Source: Psilocybe cubensis (taxonomy: Eukaryota). Taken from it: a DNA stretch of 64,000 nt. This document shows, piece by piece, positions 24,322 through 38,767 of this stretch. A model generated the notes under the pieces. It did no database searches and was not told the origin of the DNA. It was given only the letters and a program-made list of their open reading frames with translations. The stretch covers positions 2,852,001 through 2,916,000 of the forward strand of contig CM039003.1 in the NCBI GenBank assembly GCA_017499595.2, given 5' to 3'. Position 1 is the first letter of the stretch, and every line of letters begins with the position of its first letter. Position numbers and translations under genes: made by a program.

Positions 24322-26660
24322 ATGTACATCAAGTCGCCGTTTCCAGATCCCCCACAACTCCCAGCAGTCAATGCCCACTACATGTTTTTCAAGAGGCCAG
24401 ACCAAGCAGAATGGCCAAACTATACAGTGCACATCGACCCAATTGATTCGCTCACCGCAGTCGGAGTAACCACAGCGGGTATATCTTTATGTTTCTACTG
24501 CTATCGAATATTCTGATTGGAAGTTCTAGCCACGGCGGTCAATCCAACGGGTCGGCTCATGTATCGCGATTACCTGCGTAACATCGAGGATTTGAGTACA
24601 GGACTGGGAGTGAGCGAGGCAGAGGGCGGGTTAGGCTTGCAGGGATGGAAAGAGACTGATAGAGCTGAGAGCGTCAACGCGAAGGCAGGCAGAGAAATCA
24701 TCGGCATTATCAGTGAAAATTCGTCGGTGAGTGTTCTGTCACCCAAATTGTAATTCTTTTCTCATCTCACTGGAGTAGGACTATATTACTCTCATACATG
24801 CATGCATCCGCATTGCAGTTCCATTTGCGCTCATCTCATCTTACAGCACGCCCTTTGAACTCAAACACGCGCTGAAACTCTCGAAAGCTACACGTTTATT
24901 CGTTGACGAGGCATTCCTCAGCAATGTCCTACCCGTGGTCAAGGAGGTCGGGCTATCTACGGACCGCGTATATCTTTTGAAGGAGGCCTCTGGTGTTCCT
25001 GCGAAGGAAAAGAGGGGCAAGACAAGGAAGACGTTTAGAAGCATCATTGAAGGCGTCAGGCGGCGCGGCACGAAGACGATTGATGTGCGCACGGCGGGGA
25101 AGAATACGCTCGCTTATCTCGTATTTTCGAGTGGGACGAGTGGGCTGCCAAAAGGTGGGTTTTCCCCTTCCTTCCTCGCCTGAAGGGAGCAGCGGCTTGA
25201 ACGCGGTGTTATTTATGCGATCCTGATGCCTTTTGCCTGACAATATCACAGCCGTAATGATTTCACACGGGAATCTCATCTACTCATTGGGACAGGCTAT
25301 CGTCACTGGGCAGGCTGTCGCAGAGGTACACACTGTACGTTGGGCCATTTTTTGCGTACGCAAATGCTGAGTTTCTCCAGCCCCCACCCCCATTAAACCC
25401 CGAAGGTATCCCGGTCACGCTAGCATTCTTACCACTGCACCATACATATGGGCTTCATTCGTACTGCTTCCGCGCAACGCTGATGCCGAGCACGCTGGTT
25501 ATTCTGCCCAAGTGGAATGTCAAGGTTGCTTTGGATGCCATCCCCAGGTGAGTATTACCATTTCATAACTTCACCACCTCTCATCTTTATCTCCAACTCA
25601 GATACAAAGTTTCTTCGCTCCCGCTCATCCCCTCTGTTGTGCATCAACTCGCGAATTATCCAGGGATCGAGAACGCGGATTTCAGCAGCGTGGTGGCTAT
25701 GAACAGCGGCGCGGCGTATCTCCCGCCTGAGCTAGGCCAGAAGCTGACGAAGCTGGTCAAGGTGGACTTGGATTTAATGGAGGGGTACGGAATGAGCGAA
25801 GCAGTATGTCCTTTTGGTTTTCTTCGCCAGACAGCAACACTGACTCCCCCGCTAGACGATAGCCGCAATTGTGCAGCCGTATACAGGGATGCTCAATGGC
25901 AAACTGAAACGTATATCGGGGTGCACAGGCGTGCTTCTCCCCGGGATGGAAGCGCGCGTGCTTAGATCAGAGGATGCCGTCCCTCCACCGTCACCGGACA
26001 CGGTCATCCCAGATGACTGTGAGGTGGACGAGCCCGGGGAGCTGTGGCTGCGCTCTCCGAACGTGGCAGTGGGCTACTGGAATAATCCCAAGGCGAACCG
26101 GGAGACGTTTGTCGGCGGGTGGTTGCGCACGGGAGACCGATTCAGAGTGGATAAGGATGGCAATTTCTGGTTTGCTGATCGTGCAAAGGTTCGTTGGTTT
26201 CGCTGTGTATTTAGTCTTTACTGATTTCTATTTGTAGGATACGCTAAAGGTGTCAGGCGCGCAGGTGTCCCCGGTCGAAATTGAAGGCTGCCTCCTCGCA
26301 CACCCGGGAAAGCTTATCACAGACGCAACAGTCGCAGGCGTATCGGGTGGGCGAACCTCCGACGAGAAGGTACCTAGGGCATGGGTCGTGCTCTCCCCAG
26401 ATGCCTCCGCCTCCCTCGGTCTTGCACCCGACACAGGCAAAGCTGTTGTAGCGGAAAAGGCGATTGCAGAGCTGGACAGGTGGCATAAAGAGAACCTGAG
26501 CAAGTATAAGTGGTTAAGGGGCGGGATTGAGATTGTGGATGAGATTCCAAAGAGTCCAACAGGAAAGGTGTTGCGTAGGGTGTTGCAAGATCGGTATGAG
26601 CAAGAGTTGAAGAAGCCGAAGAAGGGGAAAGGAAAAACGAAGGCAAAAGCAAAGTTGTAG
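24322..26660 (+). CDS. 4-coumarate-CoA-ligase-like AMP-binding enzyme (acyl/aryl-CoA synthetase), probably peroxisomal
   Basis: FSSGTSGLPKAV, LPLHHTYGL, EGYGMSE, GELWLR, GWLRTGD, IPKSPTGKVLRR; C-terminal PTS1-type AKL. Confidence 0.9.
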
Positions 26661-27317
26661 GGGGAGAAATATGGTTAAGGAAATATTATACCCAAGGGTG
26701 TCTCGTAAGGTGTGGTTGGGTAATGACATTCATGATTTATGGTATTAAGGAATGTCAGAGTTTGAGGCGATTCTGACAGTGTCAGGATTCATGACCGATT
26801 CTGGGACAGAAATTTGCCTTCGCAGCACGATTCACTCAACCCTAGTTGCTTTGCCCACAATCCACATATCTGCTTCACTGGAATGTCGAGACTTGCTTCT
26901 ACAATTATTAATTGACATGTCACGGTGCAAAGACTGATTTAGCTAAATCGGGTAGGTTATTACGCTACATTATCTGACTAATAGTAATAACCTTGCAGCG
27001 TGTCTTCCAGTTTAACTGGAAAAACTTCTCGTATTTTTTCTTCCAGTTAACATACGAGCATTTCTTACAGTTTGATTTCCACACAAACTGGAGTTCAGTC
27101 TGACACCTTGATCTGGTACTTAATGTATAAGACAACTTTAAGGTTCATCTTTTATTCAAAATGTAAGAGAAATTTCTACTGGGAGTTCTACTTGGACTAT
27201 CTGTGCAAGATACGAGACTTCCGTAGAAGTTAGTTTTACATTCGGAAAATCCCGACGTGAGAATGACATACACACTATCCTTCGTGATAATCATTCAGTT
27301 GGGTTGGAATCAACGAA

Positions 27318-27377
27318 ACGCGTACATACATGTAAATAATGCGCTTGTTGATTGACGCGTCACTAATTTAAGCGCGT
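27318..27377. promoter_or_regulatory. MCB-like (ACGCGT) boxes upstream of RNR1
   Basis: ACGCGT at 27318-27323 and 27355-27360, plus GCGCGT near 27372, about 400 bp before the RNR1 ATG. RNR1 is a classic MBF target in yeasts, but CGCG motifs also occur elsewhere in this window. Confidence 0.45.
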
Positions 27378-27754
27378 CTAACCCTAACCTTATAAAATGA
27401 ATTTGCAAGCCTTTATGGCAAACTGCTCCTTGTGAATTTTATAATGACTGTACCGGGGCGTGTTTTTCATTTTTTTTTGAATATTATCCAGAAGAAACTC
27501 GGATTTTTTCTTGACATGAAGGTTTAAACGGATTATAATGCATTTGTAGTGTCCAAGTTGATGACAAGCACAGACAAACAAAGAGTGCTTAGTCAGTGTT
27601 TTCAATAAAATTGACCGCGTTGCTGTTCGGTCTCTTCAACTTGTTCCACCATCTCCCCCCTCACATACCAGGGCTCCCAGTCCGCAAGCCTTTTGTTCCT
27701 TTATCAATCCCCTTATTCCAACTCTGACTAGCACATCGCTGTTACTTGTACTCA

Positions 27755-30700
27755 ATGGCTTATGTCTATAAACGAGGTCAGTGCATGCCACCTTTGTTTC
27801 ATGACCACAACGCTCATCACATAGTCGTTCTGTGCAGATGGGTAAGCTTTCTACCTTAAACACGAGCGAAGATGCGAATTGAACATCGGCGGACTTATCT
27901 TTTTTCCTTTAGTCGCAAGGAACGCGTCCAGTTTGACAAGGTATGTATGAAGTCGCGTCGACGTTGACGTGTCACTCAACATAATTCCGCGTAGATCACT
28001 GCTAGAATATGGAAATTATCATACGGCCTCGATCAGAACTTCATTGACCCTGTCGAGTACGCGTCTGTTGCCCTTTCTTGTCTGTCGACGTACTCATCTA
28101 TTCATCATAGGGTAACCCAGAAAGTTGTTGCAGGAGTTTACCAGGGAGTAACCACAGTGGAGCTTGATGTGCGTATTTTACCAAATTAATGTGTACATCA
28201 TCGCTCATTGTTCAACCTTCACAGAACCTGGCTGCCGAGACCGCTGCATATCTCACAACAAAACATCCCGATTACGCCGTTCTTGCCGCTCGCATCGCAA
28301 TCTCTAATCTACACAAGGAAACGAAGAAAAACTTTTCGCAGGTTATCAGCGATCTGTACCATTATGGTACGAGCTCGCGATAACCCTTTCGTTGGCATGT
28401 CTTACTGACACAACCATCCCTAGTTAACCCGAAGAACGGTAGACCAGCTGGTATGATATCGCAGGAGACGTATGAGGTTGTTCGCGACAACGCAGAGTTG
28501 CTGGACTCTGCGATCATCTACAACCGTGATTTCAGCTACAACTAGTGTGTCTTGACCCTCCTGTTCGACACCGTTCATTACTTACCCCTGATATAGTTTC
28601 GGATTCAAGACACTCGAACGCTCATACCTCCTTCGCATCAACGGTCGTGTCGCCGAACGCCCTCAGCACATGATCATGCGTGTTGCTGTTGGCATTCACG
28701 GTCGGGATCTTGAGAAAGTCATTGAAACATACAATCTGATGTCCGAACGCTATTTCACTCATGCTTCGCCGACGTTATTCAACGCCGGAACACCTAATCC
28801 TCAGCTGAGCTCTTGCTTCCTAGTGTGCATGAAAGACGATTCCATTGAAGGTATTTATGACACCCTCAAGAATTGCGCTATGATCAGTAAGACGGCCGGC
28901 GGTATCGGCATCAACATTCATAACATCCGTGCCACCGGGTGAGTTACATTTGTATTCTGAGCAACGCTATCATGTCTGACGCCATTCTATCTTGGTTAGA
29001 TCATACATTGCTGGCACAAATGGTTACTCTAATGGTATTGTGCCCATGCTCAGGGCTTACGATGCTACCGCCCGCTATGTTGATCAAGGGGGAAACAAAC
29101 GCCCGGGTGCATTTGCCATTTACCTCGAGCCATGGCATCCTGACGTCTTCGAGTTCCTCGATCTCCGCAAAAACCACGGCAAGGAGGAGGCTCGTGCTCG
29201 TGATCTTTTCTACGCTCTTTGGATCCCTGATCTTTTGTAAGTGAAGTCTTGTGTACATTTATGCATACATTCTCATTCATTGTTTCGCAGCATGAAGCGA
29301 GTTGAGGCGAACGCAGATTGGACCCTTTTCTGCCCCAGCGAAGCCCCTAATCTCCATGAAGTGTATGGAACAGAATTCGAGGAACTCTACGCCAAGTATG
29401 AAAAAGAAGGCCGCGGACGCAAGACTGTTTCTGCTCAAAAATTATGGTACGCTATTCTCGAAGCTCAAATCGAGACAGGCGGCCCCTTCATGGTCTACAA
29501 AGATCACGCGAATAGTGAGTGACGCAATTTTTATTTCTTGCCCGGCGGACTTACACATACTACCAGACAAATCAAACCAGAAGAACTTGGGCACGATCAA
29601 GTCTTCCAATCTCTGCACAGAGATTCTCGAATACTCCTCCCCTGACGAGACTGCTGTCTGCAATCTTGCTTCTCTCGCCTTGCCAACTTTCATAGTCAAC
29701 GGTGAATACGACTTCAAGAAGTTGCATGAAGTCACCAAGGTTGTTACCTACAACTTGAACAAGATTATCGATGTCAACTACTACCCCATCCCCGAAGCTC
29801 GCCGTTCGAATATGCGCCATCGCCCTATCGGTGTTGGTGTACAAGGTCTTGCTGATGCCTTCATGGCTCTTCGTATGCCATTCGATTCACCCGCCGCCAA
29901 GGAGCTCAACATCAAAATTTTCGAGACCATATACCACGGAGCTCTTGAGGCCAGTTCGGAACTCGCTGAGCGCGATGGGCCATATGAGACTTGGATGGGT
30001 AGCCCTGCTCAACAGGGCCAACTCCAGTACGACATGTGGGGTGTTACTCCCACTGATCTTTGGGACTGGGCATCCTTGAAGGAGCGCATCGCCAGGACCG
30101 GGTTGAGGAATTCTCTTCTGCTCGCTCCCATGCCTACTGCTTCCACCAGTCAGATCTTGGGCAACAATGAATGCTTCGAGCCTTATACCAGGTACTTACT
30201 CATGTTGCGCATTTTCTTTCTTGTGATCGGTACTCATATGTCAATTTAGCAACATCTATACTCGCCGCGTTCTGGCTGGCGAGTTCCAGGTTGTTTGCCC
30301 ATGGCTTCTTCGTGAGCTTGTCGACCTCGGCCTCTGGGATGACAACATGAAGAACATGATCATTGCCCACAACGGATCCATTCAGAACATTCCCAACATT
30401 CCCGACGACGTCAAGGCGATCTACAAGACCGTTTGGGAGATCAGTCAGAAGAAGGTTTTAGATCTCGCTGCTGATCGTGGTGCCTTCATTTGCCAGAGTC
30501 AGAGCTTGAACGTCCATCTCCAATCCCCGACTCTTGGTCAACTGACCAGCATGCACTTCTATGGGTGGAAGAAGGGTTTGAAGACCGGCATGTACTACCT
30601 TCGTACGAGACCCGCAGCTCAAGCTATCCAGTTCACGGTCGACCAGAGCTTGCTTAAGGTCGCGAAGACCCAGACATCGGACGCTTCCGCTCAGCGCGCC

Positions 30701-31111
30701 GCTGCCTCCACCACAGGCAGGCCCGCCATCCGCTCGACAGGAATTCCTACACCGACCTCGTCGCCATCCCCCTCACGCTCTCTCGCAACTCCTCCACCTG
30801 TCATCAAGCAGGAGCCTGTTACACCGTCTCCGCTCAAGTTCGATCCTACTCCTGCACCCTTGCCATCGGTCTCAGCGCCTGCCATTACTCCCTCATCATC
30901 CACCGAGTCTACTGACACCGTTGTCGCCGAGGATGACAATATCGCCATCTCTCTCTCCGCCCTCTCTCTTGACGAAACACAGCGCAAGGCAGCTGAAGCT
31001 GACCCTGAATACGCCGCTGCTCTGATCCGCAAATATCAGCGTGACCTCGAGGATGCTAAGCTACAGTGCTCGCTGGAAAACAAGGAAGCCTGCTTGATGT
31101 GCTCTGGCTAA
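27755..31111 (+). CDS. RNR1: Ribonucleoside-diphosphate reductase large subunit (class Ia)
   Basis: Spliced N-terminus [18 protein letters not shown] (ATP cone), [54 protein letters not shown]-terminal CLMCSG. Confidence 0.97.
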
Positions 31112-31549
31112 AGGAGTTTTTTATCGCTTCTAGCTGCATCTGTCTTTTTTGCTTGCTTTCCTGCTTGTCCATTCTGCTGCGTCCTTGCATTCTTTTCTTC
31201 CTCGTTCTGTTTCTGGAGTTTCTAGATTGGACTCTGTTGTATTAGTTGCCTTGTTTGTCCCCATATGCCACATGTCCTGATTGTTTATAATTTCGTGTCC
31301 GATATCCTTCTTGATTCCTTTCATCCTATATTATGATGCGTGTATGAATACCAATGATTAACAATAAAAACACATTTCGATCTCTATTTTTTCATTCGTC
31401 AGGTCATTCAAGGAAATGATAGTTTTGTTCAAATTCACATCTAAATCACAGAGTTGCTCTGCCTATGGATGCTGGATAGTCCGTAACGATTGATTCAAGG
31501 CATCCCCTGGTTTCTCCCTGGCGTCGTGCTATATTATCTAGCACACGCG

Positions 31550-34500
31550 TCAATTGTCAGTAGCTACATAGGATTTCTTTTCCGCCAGCTCATACAGCAT
31601 CTCTTTATCAGCGCTTCTCTCGACCAAGGCATGAAACATCCCTGTGTTATTGGATAACAAAGTCTTAGGAGTGTCAAACTCAGCCTAGCATTGCAAGACA
31701 ATAATTAGTCAATGTCAGAGAGAATTAGAGATATCACACACGATTTTGCCGTTATCCAGAACCATCTTGGGGTTTTCACTGTTCAGCAAGACATCAATAT
31801 CATGGAGTCGATATGCACTTACTATTTTGTCTGCGTCCATGATGGTCTGCAAGCGATGTGCAACAATTATGACAGTGACATCAGGTCCGAGCTTGCTTCG
31901 CAATGTATTTTGAATGAGAGAGTCGGTGTTGTAGTCTTTAACCAAATATTCAGCCTTCTTGGTTATTACAGACATCAGTATCCACTGACCGATTGCAGAC
32001 GTCGCTAAAATGTAACGATTTCTTAGGAAAACTGATGATATATTAAAATCAACCTCATAAAGACTAACCTTCATCCAAGATCAGGAGCTTACTCCTACGC
32101 ACCATGGCACGGGCAAGGGCTATGATTTGCCTTTGACCGACGGAGAGGTTGCTTCCACCTCCGGCAATTTGGGTCTCCAAATTCAGCCGAACATTCTCGG
32201 ACGACCTTTCTTGAATTGAAAACAGGCCAGATGATTGCAAAGCGTCATTCAACACATCGTCATCGTGCTGATCGAACGGGTCCAAATTTTGACGCAGTGT
32301 GCCTAAAAAGAAAAGAAAATAACTTCAGATGCATACCGCTCAGTAGTTCCGGCTGCATAGTGATTAACTCATAAGCCAGTAACGTAAAATGTAACCGTGT
32401 CAAGCTCACCACTTGCGGGATAATGGTTATACTAGATCTCAATGCGTCTAAATTGATTGTACTCGTATCAAGGCCGTCATAGAGCACGGTTCCTTCTGTG
32501 AGAATGCATCTCAATAGCGCGAGGGTCAAAGAGCTCTGTCCGAATCTCGTGAGTGATCAAACTACCCATACACGAATTACGATACCTTTCCACTACCAGT
32601 ACGGCCCACTATTGCTTCAGGTTCAGTTAATAGTCTGTAGAATTGATTTTAACACGCACCAATTCCCACTCGCTGGCCAGACAATATATGGAAAGATAGG
32701 TCGTGCAGAATATTTGGACCAGACTAAGGAAGAATATTCAAAGTGGGAAATAATAAAAATGAGGCTGAGAACATACCTTTGAGTATTTAGCACTTAAACC
32801 CTCCACGCGAATCTCGCCACTTGTTGGCCAGGCGGCTGGAGGCTCACCAGATTTGGTTGGTTTTGATTCGTGTTCAATGTCCAGATAGCCTTGTATACGT
32901 TCCAAGCTGTTGAAATCAGAACAATAAAACATATGTATTGAAAAAGGCTTGCCTGTTCGAATCGATTTCTAATGCGTTGATGAAACGTATAAGATAAAAG
33001 ACATAGATGCAGAACATAGAAGATACATTGAGGGAGAATCCTGTGTTAGATGCACCCAAGTCACCAATGTAAACAAGGTAGAATGCAAGCGATGACGTGA
33101 AGGCTGCTCCTAGCATATCTACCCGCACATTAATCCATTTGTTCATCGTCGTAGATGCCCTTACTGCACGCGAGTGATAGTCGATACGTCGTAGTAGTTC
33201 TTCAGAGAAGGCCTTTTGGGCACCATATGCTCTAATTGACACTGTCAACATGGTTAGCAATGGCTGCGTTGGAGGATACCCTACTTACCAAGGCCTTGCA
33301 TGGAAGCACTGAAATGGGCAAGTAAGGGAGAACGGGCGTTACTTTAAAGCAAATTAGGATACAATGCATCGATGAAGTCATGAGACAAACCTCTTCTCCC
33401 TGTTCATAGATAGTTGTGTCTTCAGATACACATTGCCTAAGAGTACCCCAAAGAGCGCAGCAATTATCCCAGGGATTACGAACACAGGTGTAAAGAGAAC
33501 AATAGTTGCCAAGGTGGCAAGCATTCCGGCGGACATATCCACAACGTATTGCACAGATTGTATCATCCAAAGATCCACGGTTTCGATGTCACCAGTACAC
33601 CGGGATATTATACGCCCGGTCGGTGTCTCATCCAACCATCTATTTGAAAGCAAAATTTCAGAGAAGGCAACTTAACGAGCTCTTGTATAAGATTATGCGT
33701 ACCGTAAAGTGCTTCCAAGGACGGAGTCAATGAGTTTATAGTGGATGACTCGAGATGCTCTAATAGCGCGAATGCCAAGAATGCACGCTGTTAAACAATT
33801 GAGAATAACTCTCAAAATAATGATAGCTGAAAACCCAAGCAGATAGCTATTCAATTATAGCACACGTTAGAAACAAGAGGTCAACACTTTAAAAGAATGC
33901 GTAGACTGCGGTAAATCACGTACTACGAAAGGTGGATTTCCGACGGTGCGTGAGTCTCATATTGAGATCCCCAGACACCTAGATACCATGGTTGAAGGAG
34001 ATAAAATCCTTGAGATGCCGCAAGTGACGCTATCCAGAGTAGTGCAAAGAAAATCGGGTGGTCACCGCCCAGTCCAGAGAGGAACAGTGATATCGACCTC
34101 CACGTGACACGGCCTTCTACAATTTCTTCGGCCATCACAAGTTTTCCATCGCCGACGGATTGAGATGTCGAAGCGTCATTGTCTTTGGACACAGACAGAG
34201 GACCCGTCTCGCTATGAGAAACATCTTCCGGTTTCACTTCATTAGTGTTCTTGTGTACTATATTAATACTACCATCAAGTCCAAGCTTCACAATTAAGCT
34301 TGCAATGGGTTCAGCCAATGCTGTATTGTGAGTCTGGATAAAGGTTAGGCGCCAAAAGAAATCTGGATCATCAACAACTCACAACTAGCAAAACGGTCCG
34401 GCCCTTTACAAGGTCCCCCAGGAAGCACTTTGCTATGATCCAAACCGACCTATATGATAGATATATAACATGACATGTTGAAAAAAAGATGTAGCTCTTA

Positions 34501-37500
34501 CGTATGCACATCAAGAGCAGCAAGCACATCGTCCAAAAGAATGATTTCAGCCAAAGAGTAAATCGCTCTGGCAAGAGTCAACCGTGCCTAACACTATCAA
34601 CTTAGTAAAAAAGAGGTGGAGATTCATAAATAAATCCCAACCTTCTGACCACCGCTGTAAAGCCACTTAGTAAGGCCCATTTTGATCTTGAAAAGACAAT
34701 GCCCACCTCAGGGTCAAACCCCGCTCCCCAACCTCGGTGTTATCACCGGCTTCAAAGAGTTCCAGGTCTTTTTCCAGCGCACATTGATGTATCACTGTAC
34801 TAGCTAAGTAAACGCCGCATAGGTAAAGAAATCAGGATAGCTCACCTTTCTTATATCTGTCTTCGTCAAAGGCAGATCCAAAGAGTATATTCTCTTTAAT
34901 CGTTGCATTTTGAACCCAAGACTCCTGGGCAGCATATGCTACTCCACCCTGACGGGGTAGTTTAACCCACGATGTTTGGGTGTCGGCAATAAAATGCATT
35001 TCTCCTGTACCATTTGTAAATTAGTATTGAAGGACTGAAATAATATTCATGCCTCACCAAGTAGTGCCATCAGCATGGAGGTCTTCCCAGATCCCCTGAT
35101 AAAAATGCTAAATAAACGCAGTTTTAAAGGAGTTTGTTTGTCTCACGTAGGTCCAGTAATGAGATTAACACAACCACGCTTAAAACTGAGGTTGCCCACG
35201 ATTCTAAGCCTAAAATTCCTTGAAGGTGATGGTCGTGTGATATCTTGAATGTCTTTTGCACTCCATGTAAAGGAGGCGTTTCTGAACCCGATGTCGACCT
35301 CTACCGCGTTTCCAATGACACCTGTGTTTTCAGCTGCTGACGAGTTTGTTCCTTCCGTAAATCGGTCAAGAAGCTCAGTTTCACGAAGGAAAGAGTTGAT
35401 ACGATCCAGAGAAACTTTTGCTGTGCAAATATGAATAGAACTTCAATGTAGATTCAAGATGCAACGTATTCACCTTGAATAATATAAACAAGCTGCTGAG
35501 ACAACCTAGAAATTTGTTCTCTGAATATACCAAAGACAACGGTGCTCGAGAAGATTTTAGAGGCTGCGTTGCAAAGTGTAGGCAATTAGTATGTGAGACC
35601 GTTGTTTGTCCTAAAGTATAATAACTTATTCGAACCTGTAAGCCTTTCTTTCATAACTCCAGTGTATACCGCGAATGTGACAAACATTGATATCATCGGT
35701 ATAAACGTTCTAATAATGATGACTTGGCATTAGCATAAGGAAAGCACACCAATGCACTTACGCAACGATTCTATTGATGATTTGAAGCACCTGACGGCAC
35801 AGGTACAAAGTATGATGTTGTAAGTTTGAAGAACATGAACAAACCACAGTGTTCTGACCTTGGCTTTCCATAACCAACTTAGCTCTATGTCTCGTGCACG
35901 AGCAAGACGTTTCGCCATCTTATCTTCCCAACCGAACATCTTGATCATCCGTATGATGCCCATAGCTGTAGTAAAGGATATGAATTGGCCTTGAAGTTAC
36001 ACCATAGTGACATGCAAAATACCCACCTTCTGATATGGCTTGAACCCTGGCGTCTGTCTATAACAGTCGTGTAATTAATCATAGTGTATAAATATACTCA
36101 TGAATATACTGACAAATTTCATTCTTATCTTCTGGACCTTTTGAACCTTCTTGCCAATAAGTGCAAAGCCAGGTCCTAGTACACCGCTCACAACAAGACC
36201 TACAAAGGAACTAAGATACCTGAGCTTCTGTTTGTTCTCAGAAAAGCTACTTAGCTCACCTCCAACCAAATATTTGATACAGAAATATGATGGAAAAGGT
36301 TATTTGCATCGGAACATATAAACCTGCACAAGGTTCTCAGTAAAGCACGGTGTGATCGTTGGAAACTGGCTCACCAACTGTCAGAAAGTCGCCGCCGTCC
36401 ACAATATTGACAAGATCAGTCGTCACCAAGTTGTTCAATTTTCCAATAAGATTTTTAGCCTGAACGGGAGGTTTATTTGACGGTGGAAGGACAGAATGTT
36501 TTGAAGGTGTTTCCTTTTGTGACCGTGTAGGCTCATCATGAGAGTCAACTTCCGTAGATTCTAAGGAGGAATCAGCTTTGACAGAACCGTCCGTAGTTTG
36601 AGCACCGTCGTCAGTAATTCCAGCCGAATTGTCCCCTTCAGATACAATGGTATCAGCATCGCTTGGAGCATGTGCAACATCATCTTTGACCGATTCCAGT
36701 TCTTCGGTGTCGGCATTCATTCTGATTCGCAGGCTATGATCGAATACCAGTTGTCTTATTAACGCTTGGATACGGACGTTGACCTTTGTCTGCAACACAT
36801 AAGAGCCCCAGTTCTCGACTAGAGATTTCGACATTGGACCAAGCAGCATGAGAGAGATCCAGACCCAAGGTTTGATAGACGGTTCAATGCCATGGTGGCG
36901 TCCTTCAAGATAGCTAACAAGCCGAATAAAAAATCTATGCTCAGTCATGACGTAAACAAAGATTCTGAGATACTTACTTGAGCGTTTTATTTATGCCAAT
37001 TGGCGTGGCGAAGCTGGAGGCGGCCATGAGTGATAAACAGAGGGCAATAACAAGGTATTCTTTATCTGTCCAAAAATTTGGTTACCCTTGTGCACGACGG
37101 ATGCGGTTGTCGGCGACACGGATGCTAAACTTACACAGATACTCTATCAAGCCAAAAAAGATATGTCTATCTTTAGCAGTAGCTCCACTGAAAGTGTCGA
37201 TATACTGATCAAATATCAGCTTTCCACAGAAACAGATTCAAAAACATCATACCTTTGCAGCTGTCGTCGTGAGATACTGCGCATGGTCATAGTCTGCAAG
37301 CTAAGGGAGTTGATCATGCCTTAAATGCGGAACCTTGCTGGCAAGTCGAACAGTAGGATCCATGAATGTATACGTAAAAAGAGAAGACCAAGAAGCAGTT
37401 TGCTCTGGGTGAAGCTTTGATGACGGCGCCTTTGGGTCCACAGGAATGTATGGGTGAGGTTGGAGCAATGGAATAATTACCCCAACTGTAGTAAGAATGG

Positions 37501-38226
37501 CAATTTTGAACCAAATCATGTTTCCTTCGAGTTCCGCATTGATAGGTTGTAAATTGTATGTGGCTAAAGGCCAAAGATCACGATAGCAATATACCCCTAA
37601 TGCGGCGAGTACAATTGCATTGTACAAGTTTACAGGGGAAATCATCAATCTTGTGTTCGGGCTCAAAGACGCAGCTGCCAGGAGCACACAATATACCTGT
37701 GAATAATTTGCTCAGATGTTGACTGAAGAAGCAACAAAAAACGCACAAATGTGATTGTAAGCGAATCCTCCGGACAGAATGTGAAAGGTGCCCGGTTGAC
37801 CCAATCAATGCACTCCCCAGTTCGTTCAGACGCCATGAAAAGATACACTAGAGCAAAGGTGCCAATCAGACGTGCCATTGAATAAGCAAATAGCGCGTAA
37901 GATCCATGTTGTAGCACTTGGATTTCCATGATCCCTTTAACCAGGCGACGAAAACGTGTCCAGATAGACATGGGCGCTCCGGTCGGGCCATTATCTGACG
38001 AGGGTTTACATTACAGACAATTCCATCGACAATCTGCCAAGTCAAAGTAGCGGACGCCACAAGAAACGGAATAAAGCGAGGTTCGATTCTGAACGGTCTC
38101 TATCAGATCAGAAGAGCAGGTTATCTATCTCAAGATGCTGAGCACTCACGCATATCCCCCTTCTTCTTGGTATTCCAAAGGATCGAATGAAGTATGATTG
38201 GAGAACTGTACCATAGAATTCCCCAT
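31550..38226 (-). CDS. ABCC/MRP-type ABC transporter, third paralog, full length, many introns
   Basis: [37 protein letters not shown]2 [21 protein letters not shown]. Shares [11 protein letters not shown] and several intron positions with 3046-9771. Stop at 31550; start approximate. Confidence 0.9.
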
Positions 38227-38767
38227 CACCGACTTTGGGGAGCAAATGGAGGGTAGGTTATGCCCTAAGTTGGTTTTATAAATGAGTCATAATTGGCGGA
38301 AGAACCTATCAAGAATTTTTCTCTTGATGGCTGTTTTTGGATTGATGCTTTCCGAGTATACCCTGGGAGGCACCTCTCTTGTCATAAAAGCAAATTGCAA
38401 TGTTATTGATTCGCACATGGTGAGGCTATCTTTAGGGAAATTTCTCATGGTATGTTGCTTGGTATATTACTGTCGCTGAGTCTTGTTCCTAATGGGGTCT
38501 TCATCGGGCGAGTGTGAAATTCTGTAGCAGACTTAATTTGCCGGATACCAGTGCCAGTCGTTAGAGGTTGGAGTTGTGCGCAAACTGCATGGTGGGGCGT
38601 TGGGTTGACGTTGGGTTGTTCGTGGGACATTAAAAGACGCGTGGGACAAATGATAAAACACGGCTAGACGCGTCACCGGCACGAATCTACTTGTCGAAAA
38701 ACAGTCGAAAAACCAACATGAACTCTGTTTATTTATTCTCATCTTCGTCATTTTTACTGCACATTAA

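Noticed and set aside
27005-27050. Short inverted repeats TTAACTGGAA/TTCCAGTTAA
   Set aside because: Only about 10 bp in AT-rich intergenic DNA; no TSD or second copy seen.
24322-38226. Secondary-metabolite cluster (CoA ligase plus ABC transporters)
   Set aside because: No PKS, NRPS, terpene synthase or tailoring enzymes; RNR1 intervenes and the ligase has a PTS1.
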